Of a stretch of DNA of 64,000 nt, positions 35,331 through 47,300 are shown piece after piece (position 1 is the stretch's first letter; every line of letters starts with the position of its first letter). Source of the stretch: a virus. Its lineage: Duplodnaviria; Caudoviricetes. The DNA lies in IMG/VR virus record IMGVR_UViG_3300033475_000013, positions 13,944 through 77,943 of that record; one strand, 5' to 3'. Under the pieces are notes generated by a model that searched no databases, had not been told where the DNA came from, and saw only the letters and a program-made list of their open reading frames with translations. Position numbers and translations under genes: made by a program.

Positions 35331-38300
35331 TAGCAGATGCATTTAACATACTCTCAGAAGCTAATGCAAAAATTGCTTCATTAGGGATAGACATTATTGA
35401 TCAGGCAGGAACTCCTAAGCAGCCAAAAACAGAACGGCAACTTATAAGAGCACGCCAGTTATATAATCTTCTTAATAAGTTTATTTTTTTAAATGCTGGC
35501 GGTACAGCTATTACAGGAACATTTGGTCAGAATGACGCAGCACTAAACAGGCTTTTACTGCAATTAAAAAAAGTAGCAGAGATATTTACTTTTCCTGCTA
35601 TTCCAAATCCCATAAATTCATTTGTTACATCAGGGCAATCTGGTGGATCACAACTTCCTGTTGGTGCTTCTGAAGGTGATCTATTATATTTTCATAATGG
35701 TGGCTGGACTAATTTTGCAAAAGGCGCTGATGGTACAGTGCTCACATCTTCTCCGTCAGGACTTGTGTGGAGTTCTGCTGTTGGAAATGGTATTCCATCA
35801 GGAGGATTAACTGGACAGTATTTAGCAAAGACATCAAATGCTTCTTATGCAGTTGCCTGGCAAACACTGACTTTAAATAAAATTACAGATGTTACAGCAT
35901 CTGCGGCAGAGGTTAATATTCTTGATGGTGCTTTAGTATCCTTTCAGGAAATTAATACTTTAATCGGAATTAATACCGGAACAACAATTCAATCTCAACT
36001 TGATGGTAAGTTGGGAGGATCACTTGCTAATGGTAAATTCCTAGTAGGAAATGGTTCTGGTATAGCCACTGCGGTTACACCAACTGGAGATGTTACCTTT
36101 AATAACACTGGAGTTTTTGCTATTACTTCAGCATCAATAGTTGATGCTGACATCAATGGATCAGCAGCAATAACCAGATCAAAAATAGCTTCTGGAAATA
36201 TTAATAGAGTTGTAGTTAATAATGGTTCTGGAGTTCTATCAGATGCTGCTGCCATCACTGCTAACCGTGTGTTATTATCAGATGCTAATGGCATTCCAAC
36301 AGCAAGCGGAGTAACAACTACAGCATTTGCATTTTTTGATCCAACATCTTCAATACAAAATCAATTAGATAGTAAACTCACTGTTAGTTTAACTTCTCCC
36401 GCTCAAGGTGATACTATTTATTTTAATGGTACTAATTGGACTAATCTTCCTGTAGGCACAGCAGGTCAAGTATTAACAACTGATGGAGTAACTGTATCGT
36501 GGGGATCTCCAACAGCTAATGGTATTCCAACTGGAGGAACTACACATCAATATCTTCGCAAGATTGATGCAACAAATTATAATACAGAGTGGCACACTTT
36601 TGTGCTCACTGATGTGTCGGATGTAACAACTACATCAACTGAACTTAATTTATTATCAGGGTTAACAACGCCTGCTTCAAAACTTAATTTTTCAAGTTCA
36701 GTAACGAGTGACATTCAGACCCAACTGAATTTAAAACTCAGCACTTCACTTGCTTATAATGCACTATTTGTTGGTAATGTATCTAACACAGCGGGACAAT
36801 TATCACCAGGTGCAGATAATCAAGTCTTGATGATTATTAGTGGCTCTCCAACATGGCAGACATTCACTCCTGGTACCGGCTCAGTAACATCAATTGATGT
36901 ATCAGGAGGAACAACCGGATTATCTTTTACAGGCGGTCCGGTGACAACCACAGGAACCATCACTGCTTCAGGAACATTGATCGCTGCTAATGGAGGAACT
37001 GGATCATCATCGTATACAAAAGGTGATATTTTAATTGCTTCAGCAAGCACAACTTTGACCAAACTTGCAGTTGGTACTAATACTTTTGTATTAACTGCTG
37101 ACTCAACTCAACCAACTGGTGTTAAGTGGGCAGCAGCACCTGGTGCGGGAACTGGAACTGTTACATCTGTAGATGTAACAACAGCAAATGGAGTTAGTGC
37201 AACTGGCGGACCAATAACTTCTTCAGGTAGCTTTACATTTTCTTTAGGAGCGATAACGCCAACAAGTGTTAATGGAATTGTATTCTCAGGTAGTTCAACA
37301 CCAACATTATCTGTAACTGGAACCTCATCTATATCAGGCTCAAACACTGGAGATCAAACAATCACCCTTACTGGTAATGTTACTGGTTCTGGAACAGGAT
37401 CATTTGCAACAACTATTGCGGCTGGTGTTGTAACCAACTCAATGCTAGCTGGCGGGATTGATTTAACGACTAAAGTTACTGGAGTATTACCAGTATCTAA
37501 CGGTGGTCAAGGAAACGCATCTCTTACAGCTTACGCTCCTTTATTCGGGGGAACAACATCCACAGCACCAGTTCAAAGTGGAACCACCGGAACTGCTGGT
37601 CAAGTCCTTACTTCTAATGGTGCAGGAAGTTTACCTACATGGGCAGCAGCATTAAGTTATGGTTTAGCAACACAGATACCATTTACAAACGGAAGTGCTA
37701 ATGGATTCAGCTATTCATCAGCATTTGCATTTGATACTACATATCAGAATTTATTTGTTGGTGGATCAAATACTTATACAATATCCACACCCGGATATAT
37801 AAATAACACTTACGTATTTGCTGAACAGACAACATTAACAACAGGTAATACAGCCCCATCAATTATCACAGATGCTGTTGTCTTTGGATTTCAAAACTTT
37901 ATTGGTGATGGAACTAATTATTATTCTGGTTCATCATCACTTACTTATGGTGCTCATAACAAAAATTATACTGGCGGCGGATTAGTTGGTGGGTTATATG
38001 CAAGATTATTACACTCAGGAGAAGGCAGTGGAGTACATTATCATTTTGGTGGAATTGCAATTGGTGTTGGAGGTTCATCAGCGACAGGAAGTGAACTGGT
38101 AACAGCAGTAGCTACATCAATAAACATTAGCTATAATTCATCTTCACAAACAGCGGGACATGGTGCTTATGGTTATAATTCAGTTATTATAGCTGGTCAA
38201 GACCATAATATTCCAAGCACATCCCCACGCTCAGCTGTTATTGCTGGTAATGCTATCAAAGCTAGAGCATCAGATCCTGATCAAGTTTATGTTCCTAATT

Positions 38301-40729
38301 TTAATATCGTAACTACACCAGCAAATGATGATGCATTAACTCAAATTTTAGCTAGGGATGCAACAACAGGATTAATAAAATACAGAACAGCATCTTCTAT
38401 TATAGGAAGTGCATTCTGGCCATTAACAGGATCGGCACTATTAACTGGAGCAGTTACTATTGATGGAGACATTGGTAGTTATGGAGTAACCTTAGATGCA
38501 TTAGAGCATTTCACTGTCAATGTACAAGGTGGCAATAGCTTTAATGTCAATGTTGCTGACACTGGAGATATAAACTTGAGTCCAAACTCAGGAAATATCA
38601 ATCTAACAACATTTGGAAGCAACGTCACTCAATTAGAAGCATCTGGAACTGGGTATGTATTTGCCGTATCCGGTGCTGGTATAATGCTGAATGTAAACAG
38701 TGATGCAACTGGCGATATTCCTTATCGTAATTCTTCTGGATATTTAGCACGAAGAGGTATAGGAACATCAGGGCAAGTCCTTACGGTATCCGGTGGATTA
38801 CCAGTATGGGCAACACCATCTGCTGGATTCGCTAATCCTATGACTACACTGGGTGATCTTATTTACGAGGACGCCACTCCAACAGCAGTTAGGTTAGCAG
38901 GTAATACAACAACGACAAGAAAATTTTTAAGTCAAACAGGTAATGGAACGATAAGTGCTGCTCCTGTATGGAATGCATTAGTTAGTGGCGATATTCCAAA
39001 CAATGCTGCAAATACTACTGGTAGTGCAGCAACTTTAACAACATCAAGATCTATCTCCATGACTGGCGATGCAACATGGACTGTTAATTTTGATGGAAGT
39101 GCAAATGTAACGGCAGCAGGAACTTTAGCTACTGTAAATAGCAATGTTGGCACATTTGGTTCAGCTACTACATCATTGACTGTTACTGTTAATGGAAAGG
39201 GTTTGGTGACCGCAATGAGTTCACAAACGGTTACTCCGGCAGTTGGGTCTATAACTGGATTAGGAACTGGAGTTGGTACTTGGTTAGCTACCCCTTCATG
39301 GACTAATTTTACTTCAGCAATTACAGGTACAGCACCATTTTGGAATACTTCAGGGAGCACTACGATTACCACACCAACGATTACAGGGAAACCAACCTGG
39401 ACACAAGCTTCTGAATCAGCAACAAATACATTTCAAACATTTACCCAGGCAGCACATACTGGCGGTAGCCCAGTCGGGATATTGTATACTGGCGGTGCTC
39501 ACACAACAATAGCTGTTTCTGAATTCACAGACTTCAATTTGAACGCATCAAGGACTGTAAATTTTGCATCCGGTGGTGGTACGATAGCAAACGAACGCAT
39601 AGTACGAATTCAAGCTCCAACACTAACCGCAACAACAAACGGTATTACAATCACAAAGGCCGCTACTTTAGCTATAAGTGATGCCCCTACAGCATTCACA
39701 AACGTAACTATTACACAAGGCTATGCTTTGGATATTGAAGCCGGTAAAATGAAAGTTGGAAGCTTTACGCCCCCGGGCACAACCTTAACAGCAGCAATCC
39801 AAACCAGCGGTGAGGTCCGGGCTACAGGAGGTTTTAATCTTCGAAACGTTACGACAAATGATAACGCAAAAATAGGATTTTTCATCAATGGTACTGCTGA
39901 TGTTGATATTTTTGCTAATGCTGCCGCAACATTATTAATAAAAAATATAGGATCAACATCAACAGGTGGTGCTTATGTAAGAGCGTCTGGTACATTATCA
40001 CCAACTACAGGAACGGCAAATGCAACCAGTGCTTTTCTATCTTCTGTTGCTTGGCAGGCCAGCGGCGGAACTAATAATTTTTCAGGTATTGAAATTAGTG
40101 GTGTAATAAGCACATCTGGTACATGGGCTGGTGATATTCGAGGATTTTATTATAATCCACAATTAAGTGGAACCACAGGACTTGCAAATAATTATGCTAT
40201 TCTGGCAACAAGTGGAAAAGTTTTAATTAATGGATCTACAATCACTGCCTCTACTGAAATGGACATTAGAGGAACAGGTACAACTTCTAGCACAATAAAT
40301 ACTAGGTGGGCAGATAGCGGCAACACATTATTAATGTCATTATTAGATAATGGATTTTTAGGAATAGGTAATATCACTGCTGCGGTAGGTCTTGATATTA
40401 ATGTAGGAATAGCAAGTAGACAACAATCACCTGCACAAATAACATCTAATCAAAATAATTATGCCATTGGTGCTCAGACCTCATTTAGATTAAATACCGA
40501 TGCTTCCAGAAATATTACAGGATTAACAGGAGGTGTTGATGGTAAATTTTTATTCATAAGAAACGTTGGAAGTTTTAATATTGTGTTTACGCATGAAGAT
40601 GGAGCTTCTACTGCGGCAAATAGAATTACAAGTTCAACAGCGGGAAATTTAACAATTGCTCCAAATGGAGTATTAGTATTACAATATGACTCCAGCGCAA
40701 GCCGATGGTTTGATGTTGCAGTTAGATAA
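35315..40729 (+). CDS. Long tail fibre / receptor-binding protein (1804 aa)
   Basis: G/S/T/A-rich with internal repeats (GDxxY..G.WTNL..G..GQVLT; GTVTSVDV; NGIPxGG). Confidence 0.85.
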   Translation: MYTMLIADAFNILSEANAKIASLGIDIIDQAGTPKQPKTERQLIRARQLYNLLNKFIFLNAGGTAITGTFGQNDAALNRLLLQLKKVAEIFTFPAIPNPINSFVTSGQSGGSQLPVGASEGDLLYFHNGGWTNFAKGADGTVLTSSPSGLVWSSAVGNGIPSGGLTGQYLAKTSNASYAVAWQTLTLNKITDVTASAAEVNILDGALVSFQEINTLIGINTGTTIQSQLDGKLGGSLANGKFLVGNGSGIATAVTPTGDVTFNNTGVFAITSASIVDADINGSAAITRSKIASGNINRVVVNNGSGVLSDAAAITANRVLLSDANGIPTASGVTTTAFAFFDPTSSIQNQLDSKLTVSLTSPAQGDTIYFNGTNWTNLPVGTAGQVLTTDGVTVSWGSPTANGIPTGGTTHQYLRKIDATNYNTEWHTFVLTDVSDVTTTSTELNLLSGLTTPASKLNFSSSVTSDIQTQLNLKLSTSLAYNALFVGNVSNTAGQLSPGADNQVLMIISGSPTWQTFTPGTGSVTSIDVSGGTTGLSFTGGPVTTTGTITASGTLIAANGGTGSSSYTKGDILIASASTTLTKLAVGTNTFVLTADSTQPTGVKWAAAPGAGTGTVTSVDVTTANGVSATGGPITSSGSFTFSLGAITPTSVNGIVFSGSSTPTLSVTGTSSISGSNTGDQTITLTGNVTGSGTGSFATTIAAGVVTNSMLAGGIDLTTKVTGVLPVSNGGQGNASLTAYAPLFGGTTSTAPVQSGTTGTAGQVLTSNGAGSLPTWAAALSYGLATQIPFTNGSANGFSYSSAFAFDTTYQNLFVGGSNTYTISTPGYINNTYVFAEQTTLTTGNTAPSIITDAVVFGFQNFIGDGTNYYSGSSSLTYGAHNKNYTGGGLVGGLYARLLHSGEGSGVHYHFGGIAIGVGGSSATGSELVTAVATSINISYNSSSQTAGHGAYGYNSVIIAGQDHNIPSTSPRSAVIAGNAIKARASDPDQVYVPNFNIVTTPANDDALTQILARDATTGLIKYRTASSIIGSAFWPLTGSALLTGAVTIDGDIGSYGVTLDALEHFTVNVQGGNSFNVNVADTGDINLSPNSGNINLTTFGSNVTQLEASGTGYVFAVSGAGIMLNVNSDATGDIPYRNSSGYLARRGIGTSGQVLTVSGGLPVWATPSAGFANPMTTLGDLIYEDATPTAVRLAGNTTTTRKFLSQTGNGTISAAPVWNALVSGDIPNNAANTTGSAATLTTSRSISMTGDATWTVNFDGSANVTAAGTLATVNSNVGTFGSATTSLTVTVNGKGLVTAMSSQTVTPAVGSITGLGTGVGTWLATPSWTNFTSAITGTAPFWNTSGSTTITTPTITGKPTWTQASESATNTFQTFTQAAHTGGSPVGILYTGGAHTTIAVSEFTDFNLNASRTVNFASGGGTIANERIVRIQAPTLTATTNGITITKAATLAISDAPTAFTNVTITQGYALDIEAGKMKVGSFTPPGTTLTAAIQTSGEVRATGGFNLRNVTTNDNAKIGFFINGTADVDIFANAAATLLIKNIGSTSTGGAYVRASGTLSPTTGTANATSAFLSSVAWQASGGTNNFSGIEISGVISTSGTWAGDIRGFYYNPQLSGTTGLANNYAILATSGKVLINGSTITASTEMDIRGTGTTSSTINTRWADSGNTLLMSLLDNGFLGIGNITAAVGLDINVGIASRQQSPAQITSNQNNYAIGAQTSFRLNTDASRNITGLTGGVDGKFLFIRNVGSFNIVFTHEDGASTAANRITSSTAGNLTIAPNGVLVLQYDSSASRWFDVAVR

Positions 40730-40750
40730 AAAAAATAAACTCTCTCAAAT

Positions 40751-41149
40751 ATGGGAATACATAGGAAATTTTCAGGAACCATAACTCGTGCTGCCGCAAC
40801 AGCAAGTGGATCAGAATCAATAACAGGAATAGGAGGAAAACCAATTATGGTTATTTTTTATGCAATGTCAGATTCAAATTCATCAATAAATTCAAAAGGT
40901 TTTGATGATGGATCAATTGCCACATGTATATTTTGTAATGTAATAACTGGTCTCATAAATTTACTTGGAGGTACATCAAATTTTGCTAATGTAGCAGAAA
41001 GTCAAACAAAATCTATTGACGTGGAAAATACTACACCAAACGGACATAATGCAAATATATCAAGCATGGATAATGATGGATTTACATTAAACTGGACAAA
41101 AATTGGAAGTGGGTTAGCTTTAACAGTAAAATATATCGCAATCTTATAA
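40751..41149 (+). CDS. Small tail-fibre-associated structural protein
   Basis: Beta-rich G/S/T composition; DNDGFTLNW. Confidence 0.6.
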   Translation: MGIHRKFSGTITRAAATASGSESITGIGGKPIMVIFYAMSDSNSSINSKGFDDGSIATCIFCNVITGLINLLGGTSNFANVAESQTKSIDVENTTPNGHNANISSMDNDGFTLNWTKIGSGLALTVKYIAIL

Positions 41150-41161
41150 AAAACAGAAATC

Positions 41162-41512
41162 ATGGCCTCATTAACATTAAGTGAAAAAGCAACATTATCT
41201 GCCTCTCAATCTTTTAGAGATAGATTTATACAAGGTCTATTCTCAAAAGCTAATGTGTACATTCAGCAAACTCCACTGAATTTAGCATGGCAGAAGCAAG
41301 TTAATTTTGGAAAAAGTTTTACCAAAGGAGCGGTTACATATGATGCAGTTGCTTTAACTAGATTTTGGTTAGCAAATTATAATGGAAATGCTATTTTAGA
41401 TGGCAACAATCAACCTATTGATACAGAAATATTAAATAGTGCCGGATTAGACGTTGTATACAATGCTATGGCAAATGTGATTACTGGAGATGATGCTTTA
41501 CCAATACAATAG
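41162..41512 (+). CDS. Hypothetical protein in the tail module (116 aa)
   Basis: ORF track. Confidence 0.7.
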   Translation: MASLTLSEKATLSASQSFRDRFIQGLFSKANVYIQQTPLNLAWQKQVNFGKSFTKGAVTYDAVALTRFWLANYNGNAILDGNNQPIDTEILNSAGLDVVYNAMANVITGDDALPIQ

Positions 41513-41572
41513 AGGAAATATGACATCAACAGCCGCAATTATTGTAGTTATTAAAAAATAAACTTTAATATC

Positions 41573-41580
41573 TATCTTTG
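41573..41580 (+). promoter_or_regulatory. Bacteroidota -7 promoter box
   Basis: TATCTTTG 23 nt upstream of ATG 41604. Confidence 0.6.
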
Positions 41581-41603
41581 GTCTACATTAAAAACAAAAA
41601 GTT

Positions 41604-42068
41604 ATGGCAAAAATATCAATAACAAACGATGAATTGGTTCAATTTAGAACGGCTGCTCAAGCTTACATTAATCGTTATCCAGATCGGACAAAGCTTCATT
41701 ATGCTCTTGAAAGAACGCTCAAAAAAACACTCACGCTATTTGAGGATTACGCCGATAAAGAAAATGATTACAGGGTGGATGCCGCGATCATCGACGAAAA
41801 AACAAAAACATTCACATACCTCGAAGATGTTGTAGGTGGTCAAACAAGACGACAATTAGCTGTTGATCCTGCAAAAGCAAAAACTCTTCAGGCAAACATG
41901 AGAAAACTCGGAAGAGAAAAAGTTGAGATTGAAACTTATTTTACAACTGAGCAACCAAAAGACTTGGAAGCTATGTGGCATCAAGTTTTTAGTGGTATAG
42001 TTATTCCTGAAGAAAGAGAAGATTCAGCAAAAGATGCTCTTACTGAATCGGAAGCATTATCAAAATAA
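41604..42068 (+). CDS. Hypothetical protein, possible tail assembly chaperone
   Basis: Helical 154-aa protein in the tail module. Confidence 0.55.
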   Translation: MAKISITNDELVQFRTAAQAYINRYPDRTKLHYALERTLKKTLTLFEDYADKENDYRVDAAIIDEKTKTFTYLEDVVGGQTRRQLAVDPAKAKTLQANMRKLGREKVEIETYFTTEQPKDLEAMWHQVFSGIVIPEEREDSAKDALTESEALSK

Positions 42069-42071
42069 GAT

Positions 42072-42716
42072 ATGATTGACGAGGTTTATTCGCTAGTAAA
42101 TTACATCTCAGATAAAAATGGCCGGGGATATATACCTCCGGCCAAATTTAATTTATTGGCTAAAACCTGTCAGTTAGAATTTATTTCAACACGGCTTGGT
42201 AACATTCGTAATCCAGTACCTGGCTACAAGTCAAACAGACGTATTGATACTGATCTTCGCCCATTTCTTTATGGTCCTATTCAAGTGCCAATAGACTCTA
42301 ACGGAAACTTTAATTATCCACCAGGGTTTATGTGGCAGGACTCTTGGCAGAAACTTGACTATACTCCAATCACTGATATCCAAAGTGATCAGTATCCTGC
42401 GATTAAAAAGAATGCCATCATTCCACCAACGGTAGATTATCCGTACATCATTTTTAATAATCCGTACGGATTCATTGATCCTTATTCTATTGGTTCTTTT
42501 TTGCTCTCTTACATAAAGTATCCAGATGACCCTGTATGGGCCTACACAACGGTAAATGATGAGCCAGTTTATAATCCATCAGCAGCAGTTGATTTTAAGT
42601 TAGGATCAATAAGTATGATGGATATCACGGCTCTTATTTTAGAGAAGGTTGGTATGAACCTTAATAAAGATCAGATTTTACAATATTCTGTTCAAAAACA
42701 ACTTCAAGGAACATGA
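42072..42716 (+). CDS. Tail ring/adaptor-like protein 1
   Basis: MIDEVYSLVNYISDKNGRGYIPPAKFNLLA..Q; YIKYP..P.W.Y; one of three ~215-255-aa genes before the muzzle-like gene. Confidence 0.65.
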   Translation: MIDEVYSLVNYISDKNGRGYIPPAKFNLLAKTCQLEFISTRLGNIRNPVPGYKSNRRIDTDLRPFLYGPIQVPIDSNGNFNYPPGFMWQDSWQKLDYTPITDIQSDQYPAIKKNAIIPPTVDYPYIIFNNPYGFIDPYSIGSFLLSYIKYPDDPVWAYTTVNDEPVYNPSAAVDFKLGSISMMDITALILEKVGMNLNKDQILQYSVQKQLQGT

Positions 42717-43372
42717 GTCAGAAGACACGGTTATATTATGCTCATCGCGTTATCCTTGCATTACAGGATGATTATCCTTCTCTTGAATTTAAGATACAAG
42801 AGCGCGAAGTATTTCCTGTCATTGATGATATCGTTAACCGGATGGCTGAGCAGGATTATTTTGATAACTGGAAATTTACGGGTCAAGGAATAGATGAAGC
42901 TTTTATTACAACCTTTGATGAGATAACAGTAGTTGATCAGGATAATGAATTGCCTTCTTATTTTGAGTTCCCATCTAATTATGCTGCATTACCAAACAAT
43001 CGAGGCATAGATGAAATCTGGCCATTGAAATTCAGAATGAAAGGCGATGATCACTCTGTAGTTATTATGACACATGCTGATTATCGTCGTTATAAAAGCA
43101 TGAGGGCTGGTAAACTTGAAGGAAGACTCGGTGGATATCCACAAGGAACAAAATTTTATTTTACTTCTTGTGGAGTTAAGAAGAAATATGGCAATATGGG
43201 ATTGCGTCTTGTTATCAGAAGTTCTAAGGATATTTCTGATACTGCGCCATATCCAATACCAGCGAACAGAGAAGGTGATGTTGTACTTATGGCTATCAAA
43301 TATTTTGTTGATAAACGTAATGGACAGACTGATGTTGTTAGGGATTCCAAGGATAAAATAGCCGCATCATGA
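42713..43372 (+). CDS. Tail ring/adaptor-like protein 2
   Basis: Synteny and size. Confidence 0.6.
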   Translation: MSQKTRLYYAHRVILALQDDYPSLEFKIQEREVFPVIDDIVNRMAEQDYFDNWKFTGQGIDEAFITTFDEITVVDQDNELPSYFEFPSNYAALPNNRGIDEIWPLKFRMKGDDHSVVIMTHADYRRYKSMRAGKLEGRLGGYPQGTKFYFTSCGVKKKYGNMGLRLVIRSSKDISDTAPYPIPANREGDVVLMAIKYFVDKRNGQTDVVRDSKDKIAAS

Positions 43373-44139
43373 GTGTAGATAATAGCAGATACTATAAAAT
43401 TTCAACGATTGTTGATGACTTTTTATCCGATAATGATCTGCACAATAGCTGGTATCAGAAGGCTTTAAAATGGGGACATAAGGCATTACGTGATATTCGA
43501 CTTGATATCTACCAGGAAGTCAAGACAGAGTTGTTAAATGTTACTGAGCGCAAGACAGTAGTTCTTCCTGATGGCTTTGTAGACTGGACAAAGATTGCTG
43601 TTAAGAATGGTCAGTATGCAGTTACCCTGGCACTGAATGCTGATTTAACCATTCAGGAAAGATCAACTTCAGATCAAACCATTTCCAGTATTATGAGTCA
43701 GCGCCTGCCTAATGGCACAGACTTTGGGCAGTATGGTGGTTATTATTTTAACAACTTTAACGGATCTAATTTCCTAGCCGTCGGAGGAGGATTGCCTAGT
43801 AAGGGATTTTTCAAAGTAGTACAACATGATAATTGTAAGGAAATATTATTAGACTACGATTATAATCTTAATCAGGTTTATCTGGAATACATCACAGATG
43901 GTCTTGATGCTTGCGATGAAACAGTTGTTCACCCATACGAATACAATTACATTTTCGCTTACATGGAAATGCGTTATGAGATGAAGAACAATCCGAAAGC
44001 AACTAATTATACTAAAGATGAAGCGCAGAAGGATGTATACTTCGAGGGATTAAAATTAAGAGGCCGTTATAATGAACTTGATCCGAGAACATTTATTACC
44101 ATGAGTCGAGCGGAATCCAGAATGACAACTAAACTTTAA
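43369..44139 (+). CDS. Tail ring/adaptor-like protein 3
   Basis: VVLPDGFVDWTKI; LEYITDG...VVHPY. Confidence 0.6.
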   Translation: MSVDNSRYYKISTIVDDFLSDNDLHNSWYQKALKWGHKALRDIRLDIYQEVKTELLNVTERKTVVLPDGFVDWTKIAVKNGQYAVTLALNADLTIQERSTSDQTISSIMSQRLPNGTDFGQYGGYYFNNFNGSNFLAVGGGLPSKGFFKVVQHDNCKEILLDYDYNLNQVYLEYITDGLDACDETVVHPYEYNYIFAYMEMRYEMKNNPKATNYTKDEAQKDVYFEGLKLRGRYNELDPRTFITMSRAESRMTTKL

Positions 44140-44143
44140 GGTT

Positions 44144-44365
44144 ATGAAAATATCCAGCAACAAAAAGAAAGGCAATTCTGTAAAATCATCAGGAATTGTA
44201 GAGAAGAAAATATCTGAAGCTAACGATGAGCGATACAGTGTTCAGAAGATTAGTAACGGATATATCACTGAAAAGTCATGGACAGATAAGAATGGTGCTT
44301 ATCAATGCGTTAAAACTTATTCTGAAAAGAATCCGATTGACAATGAAGCTTCTGAAAAAGAATAA
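44144..44365 (+). CDS. Small hypothetical protein (73 aa)
   Basis: ORF track; SVQKISNGYI. Confidence 0.65.
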   Translation: MKISSNKKKGNSVKSSGIVEKKISEANDERYSVQKISNGYITEKSWTDKNGAYQCVKTYSEKNPIDNEASEKE

Positions 44366-47300
44366 ATGAATAAGAATCCTAATTCTAAATTCACTCCTTT
44401 AGGTGGCGCAAATCAAGATGATAGTTTAATAACTCCTTCTCCAGATGCCGCTGGACGTTCGCTTTTTGAGAATGGAGATTATCGCTATGCCCTTAATTTA
44501 AGAATAGGATCAAGCAGAGGAAGTAATTTTGGAGATGGTGAGAATATAAAAAGCACATTAGCACTTGAAAATTATATTGGTTATGACAGACAAACCTGGG
44601 AGAATTCACCAACCAACTTCCCAGGATCATTAAGCGGATGGAGTGTTTATAATTCAGGAACAGATTTAGCATTTACTTACGGATCGACTCCGCCAAATAT
44701 TTTTCCTGGCGCAAAAGTCAGCATTAATTTAAGCACTATAAAACAAACAGTTACTCTTTATCAGGTTCATCCTATATCAGTGGGTGATTATTTAACACTG
44801 AGTTATGCTTTCACTAGAAATCTTGTTAATCCAAGTTCATTACTAATTGTCGGATTGTATTTAGTCTATCTGGATGGCTCTGGTACTGAGATAGCATCAA
44901 CGCTAATCGATAATTTAAATTCATACTCATCATCCATTGGACATCCGTCCAATGTTATTTCATTGTATGCTACGCAAAATTGTGCAGCTATCGGTTTTAA
45001 AATAAAGAATACAACTACAGCAGGTTCGACAATAGAGTATGTTGTTGATCAATTTAAAATTGATCAGGTATTCAACACCATTGTAACTACTCCACCAGTA
45101 GGAAATAATAAAGTAATCGGCAGGTATGAGGACGTAGAATTTCAACGTATTTACAAATTTGTTTATAACAGCAATAGCAACCATACGATTTCATACTTTG
45201 ATCCCAACACATCAACGACGTATGAGATACTGAGATGGTCAGGACTTTCTTTTCAAAGCAATTATTTTGTAAAGGCTGCAAAGCTTGATAATTGGCTTGC
45301 GTTTACAGATCGAAATAATGCTCCGAGATTGATAGATACTGATTCAATACAGAGTCTTTTCCTTCAATTAGGTTCTACAAATTTTAGAGAATTTCATATC
45401 TCATTTCATAAATGGGCACCTACCGTTCCGCCTATACCAAGAAATTTTTTCGATACGACTACGAATGTTAATAATTTCGAAAAGCTTAAAAACAAACTGC
45501 TACAATTTTCTTATAGATACATTTATTTCGGAAATCTTAAATCGCGCTGGAGCCCGATAAGCAAAGGATGTATCACTAATATTTGTGGATCATATTATTC
45601 AACGGCTCCTGTGGGTCAGCCTATTCAAACACAGAAGATAACTTCTATTGAGGTTGATATACCTGGTTGCATTTATGATGATCCAACATCTTCTGCGCAG
45701 TATAATTATTTTGATCACACTGATCTGAAGTTTAAAGTTGCTGTGCAGTATATAGAATTAGCATTCCGTGAAAGTGAACTTGATTTATGGAAGCAATGGA
45801 AGACAGTTGATGTCAATAATGGATATAATCGCTATCAATATTTTGATGGTTCAGCCACATTAACACCACTCGCGCAAGATGATTTTAATCAGCCATTTGA
45901 TACTGTGCCATTTAAAGCAGGTACAGTAGAAGCTGTTGATAATAGATTTGTGTTCGCTGACATTCTCGATGAACAACCAGCCGCAACAGGATTATCTGTC
46001 GGCAATATTTCTATTGCTAAAAATGGTGATTGGGCAACTTCTGTGAATACAGAGTTTCCTTCATTAACACCACCACAACGCGCTGATATTTTAAGAAAGA
46101 ATAGTCTGAGTAATTTCAATTTTAAAGATCGTGCGATATACAAAATTGGCATACAGTGGCTTCATAAAACTGGATGGAGAAGTGCTATCTATACTACTGA
46201 TCAATTTATTTACAATGTCGATGATAACAATGTAGGTTCAATAAATGCACAAGTTGCTTTTAATTTCTTATTGAGTGTGACTCCTCCTGATTGGGCTGTT
46301 GGTTACCAGTTATTCAGAACGAATGCATTGAATATAGATGCGTTCATTTATGGAATTGCAAATAAGTTTGTGCCACTTGTTGATGATGTTTCTACCATTC
46401 TTGATCAGACAACTCTACCTGACAACATCAAGGATAGAATTCGTCAGCATTTTGAGAACTCAAGAATTATCGATGGTAATGATGTCATAAAGCAGGCTGA
46501 GATTGAAGTTAACGCTGCCATTCAGGCTGATAAGAATAAAAATAAGAATCGAAATAATTTCCTGAAACTTCAGGAAAATATTGGTAAAGGAAGTGGTGTA
46601 CTGGAGTTGTATGGAACAAATCGAGCACTTAACAAATATTTACGTAGCAATCCTATTGCTGTAAAACTTATTCCTGAATTACGCAAAACAAAAGCAATCA
46701 ATGTACTCGCTGATTCTAGTAGGATTTATATTGATATCAACAACTGGTACTCAGGTTCTAAGAAAGGATTGAATAAAGAAAATCCGCTAAATAAACTTTA
46801 TTACAATTATCGTGAAGGTGATCGTGTACGGTTTGTAGGAAGCGATGTTGCTTCGCCATCAAATGCTTCACAATTGAAGGAGTATGATGTTCCTATCATT
46901 GAATTTACCGGTAAAGGAATAATTATTGAAAAGCCTGCAACAATGCTGTGGATGCAGGCTGAAGGAGCTCTTGGAGGTTTCTATTATTATAACATAGAAA
47001 TTTATACTCAGAAGACACCAGATTTAGCCGATCATTTATTGTATGAAGTTGGTGAGTGGTATCCTGTACTTTATCCAGGTGCAAGTAATAGAGCACTTTC
47101 TAAATCAGATTTTGTCTATACAAATAATGCAGCGGTAACATCTGTTACTTATGGTCCATTCAATATCTTCAATAAGATACCTTTCTTTTACGCGGACTGT
47201 TACATTGTTCCTAAGACTGTTTATCGGGACACATACGCCATTTCTCCAGATGTTGCACAGAGTACAGGTAATCCAAGTTCTGGTGTTAATCTAAGCATGA

